From positions 10,401 through 74,400 of the forward strand of contig WRMD01000002.1 of NCBI GenBank assembly GCA_009777315.1: a stretch of DNA of 64,000 bases. Reading direction: 5' to 3'. Position numbers and translations under genes: made by a program. This document shows, in pieces, positions 16,875-26,368 of the stretch. The first letter of the stretch is position 1, and each line of letters begins with the position of its first letter. The stretch is from Candidatus Saccharimonadota bacterium (GTDB lineage Bacteria; Patescibacteriota; Saccharimonadia; Saccharimonadales; Saccharimonadaceae). The notes beneath the pieces are model-generated. The model had not been told where the DNA came from and did not search any database. It was given only the letters and a program-made list of their open reading frames with translations.

Positions 16875-17714
16875 TCATTGGCCGGAAAGCGAGCCGACAC
16901 TAAAATGAATAAGCGCGATGCCGATGACGATTGCGAGAATAATGAAGATAGCTTCGATGACGCTGTGCTGTTCGGTGGTTTTGTTTAGGACCTTTTTGAG
17001 ATCGGGGCGAGGGATGCGCTCGGGTAGATGGCGGGGGAGAGTTTTTCCGATCCACTGCTTGATAGACGGGATGAACTCAGTGCGCATGGCGCGCATAGCG
17101 TAGGCTTTGTATTTGTTGATGTCGATTTCTTTGATGTTGGCGGTGCGTTTGACACGGTGGACGATATTCTGGAAGGTTTGGATGCGGACGTAGGTGGTGA
17201 CGGAATCGACAAGCATAATGATGAGGAGGATGGCGGCGAGCCAGATGCCGAAGCGGGCATAAATGTCGGCGGAAAGCTCGAGGAGCGGCGGGAGGAGGAA
17301 ATAGTAGAAAACGGTAATGCAGAGGCCCCAAAACAAAGAAGAGATGAGGGCGACACGGCCATGGAGGTCGAAGGGTTCTTCGGTGTAATCCCACCAGCGA
17401 ACGCCGAAGAGACGCTCGAGGACGACGCTGACTAGATACTCGACGACGGTGGCGGTGAGGGTGGCAATAATGAAGATGAAAAGAGGGGAGCCGGAGACAA
17501 GGCTGAGGACCGGGACGACAGCAACAACCGCGACGCCGTAGATTGGGCAGTAGGGACCGAGGAGGAAGCCGGCATTGACGATGCGGTGGCCGCGTTCGTG
17601 GTAGAGGGAGCGGAAGAAAACTTCCCAAATGTAGCCGGCGATGCTGACGACGATAAAGATGACTATGAGATCGTGGAGGCTGGGCACGTGTGCCGAATGG
17701 AGGAAGCTGAACAT
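16875..17714 (-). CDS. polytopic membrane protein (putative ABC-transporter type IV / CmpB-like family)
   Basis: 279 aa. The FLLGPYCPIYGV motif and the repeated helices resemble that family. The assignment is from memory. Confidence 0.5.
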   Translation of the reverse strand: MFSFLHSAHVPSLHDLIVIFIVVSIAGYIWEVFFRSLYHERGHRIVNAGFLLGPYCPIYGVAVVAVVPVLSLVSGSPLFIFIIATLTATVVEYLVSVVLERLFGVRWWDYTEEPFDLHGRVALISSLFWGLCITVFYYFLLPPLLELSADIYARFGIWLAAILLIIMLVDSVTTYVRIQTFQNIVHRVKRTANIKEIDINKYKAYAMRAMRTEFIPSIKQWIGKTLPRHLPERIPRPDLKKVLNKTTEQHSVIEAIFIILAIVIGIALIHFSVGSLSGQ

Positions 17715-17816
17715 CTAAACCTTTAGGGTCTTCATAATGGCTATATTCTAGCATAAGTATTCTGCGTGGTATAATAGTTGCATGTAGTTGATGGAGGAGA
17801 CAACGTGGAGAATGTG

Positions 17817-18392
17817 ATGAAAAGAGCGGCAACGAGGGTGTGGCAGTTGATAGTGTTGGGGGGAGCGGTGAGCATAGCGTTTGGGTTGTTTGCGGTTTTG
17901 TGGCCGGGGGCAACTTTGGCGACGCTGACTTCGGTGTTTGCGTTCTTTGTGATAGTGATGGGGGTAGTGTGGTTTGCGGACGCTTTCTATCGAGTCGGGA
18001 CGAGCCCGCTGTGGTGGATGCGGATGTTGCTGGCGCTGGTGGCGATTGTGGGCGGTGTGTACTTGCTGAGGAATCCGGATGCGGCGGCGGCGATGTTTGC
18101 GGTGCTTTTGGCGGTTTACATTTTGGTTCAGGCGCTATTTGACCTGGTGGTGGCGTCGTACGCGCAGAAGAAAAGCAATAAATACTTGCTGATAGCGGCG
18201 GGGCTTTTGGGCTTGGTGATGGGTGTGGTCGTGATGTGGCGGCCGCTGGAGGCGTCGGTGATATTCATGTGGATCTTCGGCGTGTATGCGCTGGTGCGAG
18301 GGATTTTGCTGGAAGTGTACGCGTTTCGAGTGAGGAAGAAGGTGAAGGAGTTGATAAAGCCGAGGGTGATAGAGGGGAAGGTGTCAAAATAA
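17817..18392 (+). CDS. HdeD/DUF308-like membrane protein
   Basis: The track ORF 17778-18392 opens with TTG. I prefer the ATG at 17817 (MKRAATRVW...), which has GGAG 7 nt upstream. The protein has repeated paired helices. Confidence 0.55.
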   Translation: MKRAATRVWQLIVLGGAVSIAFGLFAVLWPGATLATLTSVFAFFVIVMGVVWFADAFYRVGTSPLWWMRMLLALVAIVGGVYLLRNPDAAAAMFAVLLAVYILVQALFDLVVASYAQKKSNKYLLIAAGLLGLVMGVVVMWRPLEASVIFMWIFGVYALVRGILLEVYAFRVRKKVKELIKPRVIEGKVSK

Positions 18393-18414
18393 CCAGATAG
18401 CTTAAGCAAAAAGC

Positions 18415-18544
18415 TCATCAGGTACAGAATTTGCCCACAAACAGAATAAATCCATCCCATCGCCATGGGTGGATTTTTCTTCCCCCTCAGGCTGCCGCCT
18501 TCCGGGACGTTGTGAGGCAAATTGTACCTTGATACGGCTTTTGC
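18415..18544 (+). repeat. repeat module family B, copy 2 (terminator hairpin at 18450-18480)
   Basis: Outer stem ggtacagaatttgcc / ggcaaattgtacc plus aaaagc/gctttt. It has the same core as copies 1 and 3, and the inner hairpin has compensatory changes. Confidence 0.65.
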
Positions 18545-18597
18545 ATTACGATTACCAGACCTGGCCATCTTGATGCAAATCTTAACCTATCCTAACC

Positions 18598-18625
18598 CCT
18601 CCCCACCCCCTATGGGTAGACACAG
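18598..18625 (-). repeat. arm remnant L5 (outer boundary only, arm body deleted)
   Basis: cctccccaccccctatgggtagacacag is followed directly by family C module copy 2. Confidence 0.7.
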
Positions 18626-18626
18626 G

Positions 18627-18725
18627 GTCCAGCTAAGAGACACCTAGCGGTTTCTCTTCCTCTTCCCTTTTAGGTAAAGTCAAAAAGGCAGGAGTGAATC
18701 CTGACCTTTTTGACGAACTAAGAAG
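18627..18725 (+). repeat. repeat module family C, copy 2
   Basis: Aligns with 8537-8625 (gctaaga.acac..agcggttt.tcttcct...aaaaag.cagg...cctgac.tttt). Confidence 0.6.
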
Positions 18726-18792
18726 ACAAGGGTGAAGGGAACTTTATAAAGTTTCCTACCTCTGTTATAGAGTCGGCTTTATAAAGTTGCTC

Positions 18793-19001
18793 CTCCTTCG
18801 CCACTGTCCCGACTGGTCACTTCAACGGTAGCTTACGGGAGCAATCTATTGATTTGCGTTCGTGGGCTTCATCAGCTGGTCCGACAGCTTCTTCCCTTAC
18901 GGAGGTGCGGGGTACGTCTGTCATACCAGCTGATGTTACCGCTGGGTCTAGATATGCTGGTATCTCCCTCCGCTGTGTCTACCCGTAGGGGGGTGGGGAG
19001 G
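18793..19001 (+). repeat. hypervariable cassette arm R6
   Basis: Inner boundary at 18793-18808 and TAG at 18986-18988. There is one extra G in the G-run. Open frame: FATVPTGHFNGSLREQSIDLRSWASSAGPTASSLTEVRGTSVIPADVTAGSRYAGISLRCVYP*. Confidence 0.9.
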
Positions 19002-19003
19002 TG

Positions 19004-19012
19004 TGGTAAACT
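19004..19012 (+). promoter_or_regulatory. extended -10 promoter (TGgTAAACT) abutting the arm terminus, leaderless rnhA
   Basis: The context is ggggaggTGTGGTAAACTagttgcATG. The promoter ends 6 nt before the ATG at 19019. The same sequence context occurs at 32334-32342, 39519-39527 and 13958-13966 (minus). Confidence 0.5.
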
Positions 19013-19018
19013 AGTTGC

Positions 19019-19432
19019 ATGGATTATTATACGGACGGTAGCTGTGAGCCGAACCCGGGGCTGGGTGGCTGGGCGGTGGTGACGTTGGAGGGGCCGGTGG
19101 CGCTAGGTTGCGATGAAAACACGACGAATATACGGATGGAGGGGCTGGCGCTTTTGGCTGCTATTGAGCTGTGGGAAAAGGGTGACACTATTCATACGGA
19201 TAGTCAGTTTTGGTTGAATGTGTTGACGAAGTGGGCGCCGGTGTGGGAGGCGAAAGGTTGGGTGAAGAAGGGCGGGGCGATTGCTAACTTGGAGTTGGTG
19301 CAAAAACTTTATGCGGCGTTTCGAGAGAAGAATCCGGATATAATTTGGACGCGGGCGCATGTGGGGACGGCGGGTAATGAGTTGGCTGATGAATGGGCGA
19401 ATCGGGCGCGTGAAGGCGAGACGTTAGGCTAG
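19019..19432 (+). CDS. rnhA: ribonuclease HI
   Basis: 137 aa. Motifs are YTDGSC..NPG.GGW, MEGLALLAAIE, IHTDSQ and AHVGTAGNELADEWA. Confidence 0.85.
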   Translation: MDYYTDGSCEPNPGLGGWAVVTLEGPVALGCDENTTNIRMEGLALLAAIELWEKGDTIHTDSQFWLNVLTKWAPVWEAKGWVKKGGAIANLELVQKLYAAFREKNPDIIWTRAHVGTAGNELADEWANRAREGETLG

Positions 19433-19433
19433 T

Positions 19434-19663
19434 TCTCCCCACCCCCTACGGGTAGACACAGCGGAGGGACATGCCATAAAACCTAGCGTTACTGTTTACA
19501 CCGGGGACGATTCGAGGGGCATCTACAAGTGCGAAATGAACGTAGTCGTCAGAAGACAAGGATGCCGAATACCACTGCCCGTAATTAGACTGAAACGTCA
19601 GACCGTGGCCGAGGGCTGGGGCACCACCGGGAGCAAAGAAAGCCGTAGAGACAGTGGCGAAGG
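19434..19663 (-). repeat. hypervariable cassette arm L7 (left arm of element 19434-20011)
   Basis: The outer boundary starts 2 nt after the rnhA stop. The inner boundary is at 19650-19663. Open frame: FATVSTAFFAPGGAPALGHGLTFQSNYGQWYSASLSSDDYVHFALVDAPRIVPGVNSNARFYGMSLRCVYP*. Confidence 0.9.
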
Positions 19664-19791
19664 AAATGAAGACGACCTAAGCAGTTCAGCAAAGGTCGTC
19701 CTCAATACTACGATTATAGCAGTCTTATCTATAATTCCCATTTTCAAACCTTATCACGATATTCAACTCACATAAAGCATAACCCTTGTCC

Positions 19792-20011
19792 CTCCTTCGC
19801 CGCTGTCTCGGCAGATATCTTCAATCCTGGCGGCGGTCAATATGGTAGGCCAACAATCACACTTTGGTTTGCTTCGTCAGTTTTCTCGACCACTTGGGGG
19901 ACTCTCACGAACTTAAGCGACACGTCTATCTCCCCGGGCGCGAATAACCCGGGCAATTCTAAGTTCGCAGGCTTTACCCTCCGCTGTGTCTACCCGTAGG
20001 GGGTGGGGAGG
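19792..20011 (+). repeat. hypervariable cassette arm R8 (right arm of element 19434-20011)
   Basis: Inner boundary ctccttcgccgctgtc at 19792-19807 and TAG at 19997-19999. Open frame: FAAVSADIFNPGGGQYGRPTITLWFASSVFSTTWGTLTNLSDTSISPGANNPGNSKFAGFTLRCVYP*. Confidence 0.9.
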
Positions 20012-20022
20012 AAGTAGGGCGA

Positions 20023-21033
20023 TTAGTTTGGGGTGAGGGTGACGTCGTAGGGGTCGGCGGGCTTGGTGAATTCTGATTCGTAGTAGGCGCGGGCGGCGAC
20101 CATGGCGGCGTTGTCTGTGGAAAACTCGGGGGCGGGGAAGGTGGCGTTTGGGAAGGTCTGGTGGACGGCGGCGCGGAGGGCCTCAGATGACGCGACACCG
20201 CCGGCGACGATGATTTGTTTGGGGTGGTATTTTTCGGCGGCTTTGTGGAGTTTTTGGGCTAAAGTTTCGATGGCGGTGGCTTGGAAGCTGGCGGCGAGGT
20301 CGGTTTTTTGTTGTTCGGTGAGTTTGGCGGCGAGGTCGGCGGAAGGAGTGTCGAGGCCGACGCCTGCGAGCTTTTGGGCGGCGCGGAGAACGGCGGTTTT
20401 GAGGCCGGAGAAAGAAAAGTCGTAGGGGTTTTCGAGCTTCGCGATGGGGAGCGAAATGGTCGACTGCCCTGCCCTAGCCGCTTCGGCGACGGACGGGCCG
20501 CCGGGGTATGGAAGGCCGAGGATTTTGGCGACTTTGTCGAAGGCTTCGCCAACGGCGTCGTCGCGGGTTTGGCCAAGGACTTCGTAATTTTTGTGGGAGT
20601 GCATGAGGATGAGGCTAGTGTGGCCGCCAGAAACGACGAGAGCGAGGAGGGGGAACTCGTAGTCGTCTTGTTGGCCAAGTTGGGCGGCGTAGATGTGGGC
20701 GAGAATGTGGTCGATGGCGTAGAGAGTTCGATCGTGAGTGATGGCGAGGGTGCGGGCGGCGAGGGAGCCGACCATGAGGGAGCCGATGAGGCCGGGATGG
20801 GTGGTGACGGCGATAGCGTCAATGTCGGCCCAGCCGACGGGTTCGACGGCTTGGTTTACGACGGCATTGATGGCTTCGATGTGGGAGCGGGCGGCGACTT
20901 CGGGGATGACTCCGCCGGTGGCGGCGTGGATGTCGATTTGGGAGACGACGACGTTGGACAAGACTTCGCGGCCGTCTTTGACGATTGCGGCTGCGGTTTC
21001 GTCGCAGGAGGTTTCGATGCCGAGGATGTTCAT
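20023..21033 (-). CDS. tsaD: tRNA N6-adenosine threonylcarbamoyltransferase
   Basis: 336 aa. Motifs are GIETSCDETAAA, HIEAI and the Kae1/TsaD core. Confidence 0.9.
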   Translation of the reverse strand: MNILGIETSCDETAAAIVKDGREVLSNVVVSQIDIHAATGGVIPEVAARSHIEAINAVVNQAVEPVGWADIDAIAVTTHPGLIGSLMVGSLAARTLAITHDRTLYAIDHILAHIYAAQLGQQDDYEFPLLALVVSGGHTSLILMHSHKNYEVLGQTRDDAVGEAFDKVAKILGLPYPGGPSVAEAARAGQSTISLPIAKLENPYDFSFSGLKTAVLRAAQKLAGVGLDTPSADLAAKLTEQQKTDLAASFQATAIETLAQKLHKAAEKYHPKQIIVAGGVASSEALRAAVHQTFPNATFPAPEFSTDNAAMVAARAYYESEFTKPADPYDVTLTPN

Positions 21034-21701
21034 TAGGCGACTTCCCGTTCGATGACTTCGCCTTCGCTAACGATTTTGACATGGTCGCCGTCGATGCTGA
21101 TGGCGCCTTCGTCATCGCAGATGTATAATTTCTTGCCGTCGAGTTTTTGGAGGTTGCGGGCGGCGGTTTCTAGGTTTTTGGCGGTGACTTTGGGGAAGTA
21201 GGTATTGTTGAGATGGGGGATGAATTGGAAGTCGACCAGACCGAGGCCGTCGCTGGGGTAGCCGGGGAGATTTTCGTCGAAAAGGTCTTGGCAAGAGTTG
21301 GTGACGGTGGGGCTGAGGACGCAGGAGCCGGCGCTGGCGCCGGACCAGATTTTGGTTTCGAGGAGGCGGGGGAGTTCGGCTTCGAGGCCGGAATCTTTGA
21401 TGCATTTGCGGAGCCATTGCGTGTTGCCGCCTTCGAAATAGAACATGTCGGCCCATTCAAAACGGGGGAGGAAGTTTTCTTTGGTGATGCCGCTGATGTC
21501 GCAGACGTCGATTTCGAATCCTAGGTCTTTGAAGCGGATGATGTCTTCGACAAGCCAGTCGCTCATGTTGCCGCCTTCGTAGTTGCTGGCAGTGGTGCAG
21601 AAAAGGAGCTTGACGCCAGTGCGCTGGCCGCCGAGCAAGCGCCACATTTCGGCTTCGATAGTTTGGTTGCTGATGCCGCCAGATGTTAGTAGTGCTTTCA
21701 T
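21033..21701 (-). CDS. peptidase S51 (dipeptidase E-like)
   Basis: 222 aa. The nucleophile motif is WSGASAGS. The stop overlaps the tsaD start by 1 nt. Confidence 0.65.
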   Translation of the reverse strand: MKALLTSGGISNQTIEAEMWRLLGGQRTGVKLLFCTTASNYEGGNMSDWLVEDIIRFKDLGFEIDVCDISGITKENFLPRFEWADMFYFEGGNTQWLRKCIKDSGLEAELPRLLETKIWSGASAGSCVLSPTVTNSCQDLFDENLPGYPSDGLGLVDFQFIPHLNNTYFPKVTAKNLETAARNLQKLDGKKLYICDDEGAISIDGDHVKIVSEGEVIEREVA

Positions 21702-21781
21702 TTGATTATGCTCCGTTAGTTACTATATATTATATCATTGTTACGGGGTCTTTGCTGGATTTCTGCTCAGTTTCGGTGGGG

Positions 21782-21790
21782 TGATATAAT
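21782..21790 (+). promoter_or_regulatory. extended -10 promoter (TGaTATAAT), leaderless ung
   Basis: The -10 element ends 8 nt before the ATG at 21799. Confidence 0.45.
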
Positions 21791-21798
21791 GGTGGTAT

Positions 21799-22449
21799 AT
21801 GGCGATTGATAAATCTTGGGAAAAGCTGGTGAAGGCGGAGTGGGAGAAGCCGTATTTTTTAGCGCTGAGTGATTTTTTGAAGGAGGAGTATGCGGGGAAG
21901 AAGATTTATCCGCCGAAAGGGTTGGTGTTTAACGCGTTCACGAAGCCGCTGGACGAAGTAAAAGTGGTGATAATTGGGCAGGATCCGTATCATGGGCCGG
22001 GGCAGGCGCATGGCTTAAGTTTTTCGGTGAATGATGGGGTGGCGGTGCCGCCTTCGCTAAAGAATATGTATAAGGAAATTGAGGCGGATGTGGGGAATAA
22101 GCAGCCGGCGAGTGGGAATCTGGAGCGGTGGGCAAAGCAAGGGGTGCTGCTTTTGAATAATACGTTGACGGTGGAGGCAGGTAGGGCTGGGAGTCATCGC
22201 GGGAAGGGTTGGGAGGATTTTACGGCGGCGATGATTGGGGTGTTGAATGAGCGGGAGGGGTTGGTGTTTATGTTGTGGGGGCGGGACGCGCGGAATAAGA
22301 AAGTGATGCTGGACGCGTCGCGACATTTGATTTTGGAGGCGGCGCATCCGTCGCCACTCAGCGCGCATAACGGGTTTTTTGGGTGTAAGCATTTTAGCAA
22401 GGCGAACGCGTATTTGGAGGAACGGGGGAAGACGCCGATAGAGTGGTAG
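21799..22449 (+). CDS. ung: uracil-DNA glycosylase (family 1)
   Basis: Motifs GQDPYHGPGQAHGLSFSV and HPSPLSA. Confidence 0.9.
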   Translation: MAIDKSWEKLVKAEWEKPYFLALSDFLKEEYAGKKIYPPKGLVFNAFTKPLDEVKVVIIGQDPYHGPGQAHGLSFSVNDGVAVPPSLKNMYKEIEADVGNKQPASGNLERWAKQGVLLLNNTLTVEAGRAGSHRGKGWEDFTAAMIGVLNEREGLVFMLWGRDARNKKVMLDASRHLILEAAHPSPLSAHNGFFGCKHFSKANAYLEERGKTPIEW

Positions 22450-22635
22450 GCTTGTCTTGAAATAAACTAAGAAGTAGTATATAGTATAATCAGTTACTTT
22501 CAGGGTTACTGTTAATTTTTGTCGGTGGGGAGGATGGTTGATGAAAACACCGAAAGCGGTACCTTGAGAGATTGCTAGATTTTAAATCTTCTTGACGGAG
22601 TCGCCGTCAGCATAAAAATAATGGAGGGATTATTT

Positions 22636-23847
22636 ATGGCTAAAACAAGAAGCCGGCCGTTTAATACGGCCGAGGTGATAGGTATTGACGGATTATTCAA
22701 GAACCTACACCACAACACGGGCGCTGCGATTGATTTCAGAGTATTCAAGAACCTGCACGATGGGCTTATGGCGAAGAAAAAATGGTACGAGGCTTTCGGG
22801 CCTAACTGCGAGGTTGTTGTCGGGCCGTGGCACGATGACGACGCGGGTGTGTTGAAGATCACGCACGCGAACGGAGCCGTAACTTATGACGTGATTAAGA
22901 TGGAAAGCCACTGCTCACCGTCATCGGTTACGCCGTTTGATTCCGCCGCCACGGGAGTCGGTGGGGCTTGCCGCGACGTCATCGCGATGGGCGGGGTGCC
23001 GCTGTATATCACGGATTTCCTCGGGGTTATGCCTCTCGACAGAGAAATCATCGTAGGGCCTTGTGCTCTCAATCCGAAGGCCGTTGATGCGGACAGGAAT
23101 AAGGTTTGCGTTTGCGGAAAGTGTCGAGTGATGACCAGCGCGGCGAGAACTAACGAGATGGTGCGAGGGATGGAGGCAATGTGTAAAGCCTGGGACTTGA
23201 GCGTTGCGGCGGGCGGATTTTCGGCATCGTTTAAAGATGGTCTTGTGCCGGCGGTTGTTGTTACTGTCCGCGGAGAGCTGATTTCCGCTAAACCTTTGAT
23301 GAAGGCGGTGCAGAAACCTGGAAATAAAATTATCGTCATAGGCGCAACAGGCATGGATGGTAATGACACTGTCCATCGGACGCAAGGGATTGCCATGATT
23401 CCGGCGAAGGCTCTGTTTGAAGAAGAAATCATTTCGGCAAAAGGAGCAGTTGCCGCGGTTCGGTCGGGGTTTGTTGTATCGATGGCTGACTTCGGAGCGG
23501 CGGGGGTTGCAGCGGCAATCTCCGAGGGCGTTCGAAAGGGCGGTCTTGGAGCGGAAATTGATCTTGGTTTGTTGCCTATGATGAGCGGGGCCGACGAGAT
23601 TACGTCTCTCGGCAAACTTTATAACGAGACGCAAGCGCGGTATCGGATTGAGGTTGAGCCTCAGAATGTTGAGGAAGTTCTTGCGAGGATTGCCGACACG
23701 GGAGCTATTGCGAATGTTGTCGGCGAGATTACCGACGGCAGAGAAACAGTGTATAGAGACTGTGGCGAAGAGATTGCCGTTCTTCCGAACGAGCCTACCG
23801 ATGAAGACATGAGGGAAGTGGCTGAGGCCGTGGCCGCTATGACCTAA
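22636..23847 (+). CDS. AIR synthase-related (PurM/ThiL/HypE/PurL-like superfamily) protein
   Basis: Motifs HDDDAGVLKI and ATGVGGACRDVIAMGGVPL. An alternative start is at 22621, and GGAGGG at 22623-22628 favours 22636. The region is AT-richer than its neighbours. Confidence 0.55.
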   Translation: MAKTRSRPFNTAEVIGIDGLFKNLHHNTGAAIDFRVFKNLHDGLMAKKKWYEAFGPNCEVVVGPWHDDDAGVLKITHANGAVTYDVIKMESHCSPSSVTPFDSAATGVGGACRDVIAMGGVPLYITDFLGVMPLDREIIVGPCALNPKAVDADRNKVCVCGKCRVMTSAARTNEMVRGMEAMCKAWDLSVAAGGFSASFKDGLVPAVVVTVRGELISAKPLMKAVQKPGNKIIVIGATGMDGNDTVHRTQGIAMIPAKALFEEEIISAKGAVAAVRSGFVVSMADFGAAGVAAAISEGVRKGGLGAEIDLGLLPMMSGADEITSLGKLYNETQARYRIEVEPQNVEEVLARIADTGAIANVVGEITDGRETVYRDCGEEIAVLPNEPTDEDMREVAEAVAAMT

Positions 23848-23905
23848 AATCTACAATTTTGGTTGACAGAAGGGTTCTCTAACGAGGGCCCTTTTTCTGG
23901 CGCTC

Positions 23906-24128
23906 CTCCTTCGCCACTGTCTCGGCAGACTATTTTGCCCCAGCTAGAGGTTTAAGAGCTACATTCGTCGGATATTGGATGACGCCGTCTCTATGGTCCC
24001 AGGTATCTGCAAGTTTAGTCGTTGTGGTTGAAGACGCTATCCACCCGGCAATAGTTGCAAGCAACCTGACCGGACGCAAACTTGATGGCTGGACCCTTCG
24101 CTGTGTCTACCCGTAGGGGGTGGGGAGG
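23906..24128 (+). repeat. hypervariable cassette arm R9 (solo, next to tRNA-Ser)
   Basis: Inner boundary at 23906-23921 and TAG at 24114-24116. The Leu codon is ctt. Open frame: FATVSADYFAPARGLRATFVGYWMTPSLWSQVSASLVVVVEDAIHPAIVASNLTGRKLDGWTLRCVYP*. Confidence 0.9.
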
Positions 24129-24181
24129 AGTAGACTCGAGGCAGAGACAGATTAAGAGTTTTATGGTAAGATAATAGGGAC

Positions 24182-24271
24182 GGAGAGGTGTCCGAGTGGT
24201 TTAAGGAGCACGCTTGGAAAGCGTGTGTGCGGGCAACCGTACCTGGGGTTCGAATCCCCATCTCTCCGCCA
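24182..24271 (+). tRNA. tRNA-Ser (anticodon GGA)
   Basis: GGAGAGGTGTCCGAGTGG..., anticodon loop UUGGAAA, a long variable arm, T-loop GGTTCGAATCC and encoded CCA. Confidence 0.9.
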
Positions 24272-24277
24272 TTTGTG

Positions 24278-24886
24278 TTATTTCTTCTTAAACAACCAGA
24301 TCCCGCCAAAATTTTTGTCGCCGTGTTCTTGAATTGCTGCAAACATTTTTTCCGCTTTCACCCATCGCCACTGCGGACCACCCATAATCGGGTCCACCAC
24401 CTGAATCTCGTCACCTACCACCCTATCAAACACCACGCCATGCCCGTACTTATAATCGGTGTCATACGCCACTCCATAACGGAAGCATAGCAACGCATCA
24501 CCATCTGTTTGCTCGGTCTTTCGCAGTTGCACCAAAAGCTCTGTCACATCTTTTAGCTCACTTGCTAAAATTTGCTTATTTATGACTATTGGAATGCCTA
24601 ACTCTGTAAACGCCTTATCTGGGCTATATTGTGGACCATAGCCCCAACTCAATGGTTTCTCTCTCACTTCGGGATTATAGAACTTTGCCTCGTCTTCTGA
24701 CGGTACTACCAAGCCCATATAGTGACCCAGTTCTTCTTGAGGCTTCAGCGTCATACCATTCTTATTCATAATCATCGACATGCAAGCTGGTATACAGTGC
24801 CATGGTTGCTGAACTATTGGCACATAACGAGACTTCGGTATCACTGGTTTCTCCATATCCCTATTATAGCATAATTTATGGTACAA
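24278..24886 (-). CDS. papain-like cysteine peptidase (C39-like) candidate
   Basis: 202 aa. QQPWHCIPACMSMIM matches the Q-x5-C nucleophile context, and a later YGHGVVFD could supply the His. The gene is AT-rich. Confidence 0.4.
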   Translation of the reverse strand: MYHKLCYNRDMEKPVIPKSRYVPIVQQPWHCIPACMSMIMNKNGMTLKPQEELGHYMGLVVPSEDEAKFYNPEVREKPLSWGYGPQYSPDKAFTELGIPIVINKQILASELKDVTELLVQLRKTEQTDGDALLCFRYGVAYDTDYKYGHGVVFDRVVGDEIQVVDPIMGGPQWRWVKAEKMFAAIQEHGDKNFGGIWLFKKK

Positions 24887-24985
24887 TATCGGTAGAGGAC
24901 AGTAGTGGGCTGAGGTCGCTGGTCAGTATAATAGTTCGGACTTCGTTCAGACACTTCCGCCAAGCAGATAAATTACGAACGGGCC

Positions 24986-26368
24986 TCACATGGAGGCTTG
25001 TTTTGTATCTATCGAAAGGCTCAAATTTCGGTCTATAGTTAGGGTATTCACAAACACCTCATCGTGCGTAGCTACTAGAATTGCTCCCTTATATTCAGAC
25101 AATGCGCTTTCAATGTTCGCTCTCGCTCTGATGTCTAGGTGGTTGGTTAGCTCGTCAAGAATTAGCAAGTCTATCGGCGCCAAGATTATCTTTAATATAG
25201 CCAGCTTTGTAATCTGCCCTCGCGATAGCTTGCCAACAAGGATTGACATATCTGACGGCTCAAAATCCATAGTTGAAGCGGCTCGGAATATCTCACTTCT
25301 GTCGGCAGTGTCAATTTGGTCTATAAAACTCTCGTCAAGATTTAAGCCGAAAACATCTTGTGAGATATAGCCGAGCTTAAGGTTTGGGGCGAACTTTATC
25401 GTGCCACTATCTGCTTCAACTTCACCTAAAACGATCTTGAATAGAGTGCTTTTTCCTGTGCCGTTGCCTCCGACTACGCGGACTCGCTCGCCAGTTCTCA
25501 TCTCAAAGTCGAGATTGCTGAATAAGCACTTGCCACCATAGCTTTTGGCTAAATCTTCTACTTTTAGCAACTGTCGGTCGTGCGTGAAGTTAGCCGATAC
25601 CTGCGCAGAGTAGGCTTTGCGCTCTATCGGTTTTTGTATGTCATCTAGCTGTTCAAGTTTAGAGCTAACCGCTTTGATAATCTTGCCGGCGTGGCTCTCG
25701 GAGCTACTCTTGCCAGCACGAAACCTAGTCTTGCTTTCATCTCGTACCTTGTCAAAACTCCGATTGCCGACCTTGTTGGATTGGTTTTTTGCGACGGAGA
25801 TTTGCTTCAAGAGTTTTTGCTTTTCGCGGTTCGCTTTTTCGTAAGCGGAGCTTTGCTCGTTTTTGATTTGCTCCGTCCTTGTTAAAAAGTCCGAGTAGTT
25901 GCCGCTATATAGTTCGGTCTTCCCGTCTTTGATTTCTAGCACTTTGTCTGCCACTTGATCTGTGAAATTACGATCGTGGCTTACCAACAACACCAAACCA
26001 TCAAAATGTTGGAGTTCATTGTGGAGCCAAGCTTTCGCTTCTTGGTCTAGGTTATTCGTCGGCTCGTCTAGCAGTAAGACATTTGGTCGCTCATTGAAAA
26101 GAGCTTCTAGCTTCATTTTTGTTCGCTCTCCACCAGACTTGTCCGCCAAGTCCTCGTGGGTCTGTTTGAGATAGCCGACCTTGCCAATGGCTCGTACGTA
26201 GCCATCATCAGGCGTAAGTTCGCCAGCTATTAGTCGTAATAGCGTAGTTTTACCGGTTCCGTTGTCGCCAATGATAGCGATTTTCTCACTGCTTGACAGA
26301 TTGAGATTTAGACTATCAAAAAGAGTCTTGTTCGCGTGTGAAAATGTTAGATTTGAGATGTGTAGCAT
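24986..26368 (-). CDS. ABC-F type ATPase (two fused nucleotide-binding domains, no permease)
   Basis: 460 aa. The two Walker A motifs are GDNGTGKTT and GGNGTGKST, with signatures SGGERTK and LSRGQITK. The gene is AT-rich. Confidence 0.8.
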   Translation of the reverse strand: MLHISNLTFSHANKTLFDSLNLNLSSSEKIAIIGDNGTGKTTLLRLIAGELTPDDGYVRAIGKVGYLKQTHEDLADKSGGERTKMKLEALFNERPNVLLLDEPTNNLDQEAKAWLHNELQHFDGLVLLVSHDRNFTDQVADKVLEIKDGKTELYSGNYSDFLTRTEQIKNEQSSAYEKANREKQKLLKQISVAKNQSNKVGNRSFDKVRDESKTRFRAGKSSSESHAGKIIKAVSSKLEQLDDIQKPIERKAYSAQVSANFTHDRQLLKVEDLAKSYGGKCLFSNLDFEMRTGERVRVVGGNGTGKSTLFKIVLGEVEADSGTIKFAPNLKLGYISQDVFGLNLDESFIDQIDTADRSEIFRAASTMDFEPSDMSILVGKLSRGQITKLAILKIILAPIDLLILDELTNHLDIRARANIESALSEYKGAILVATHDEVFVNTLTIDRNLSLSIDTKQASM

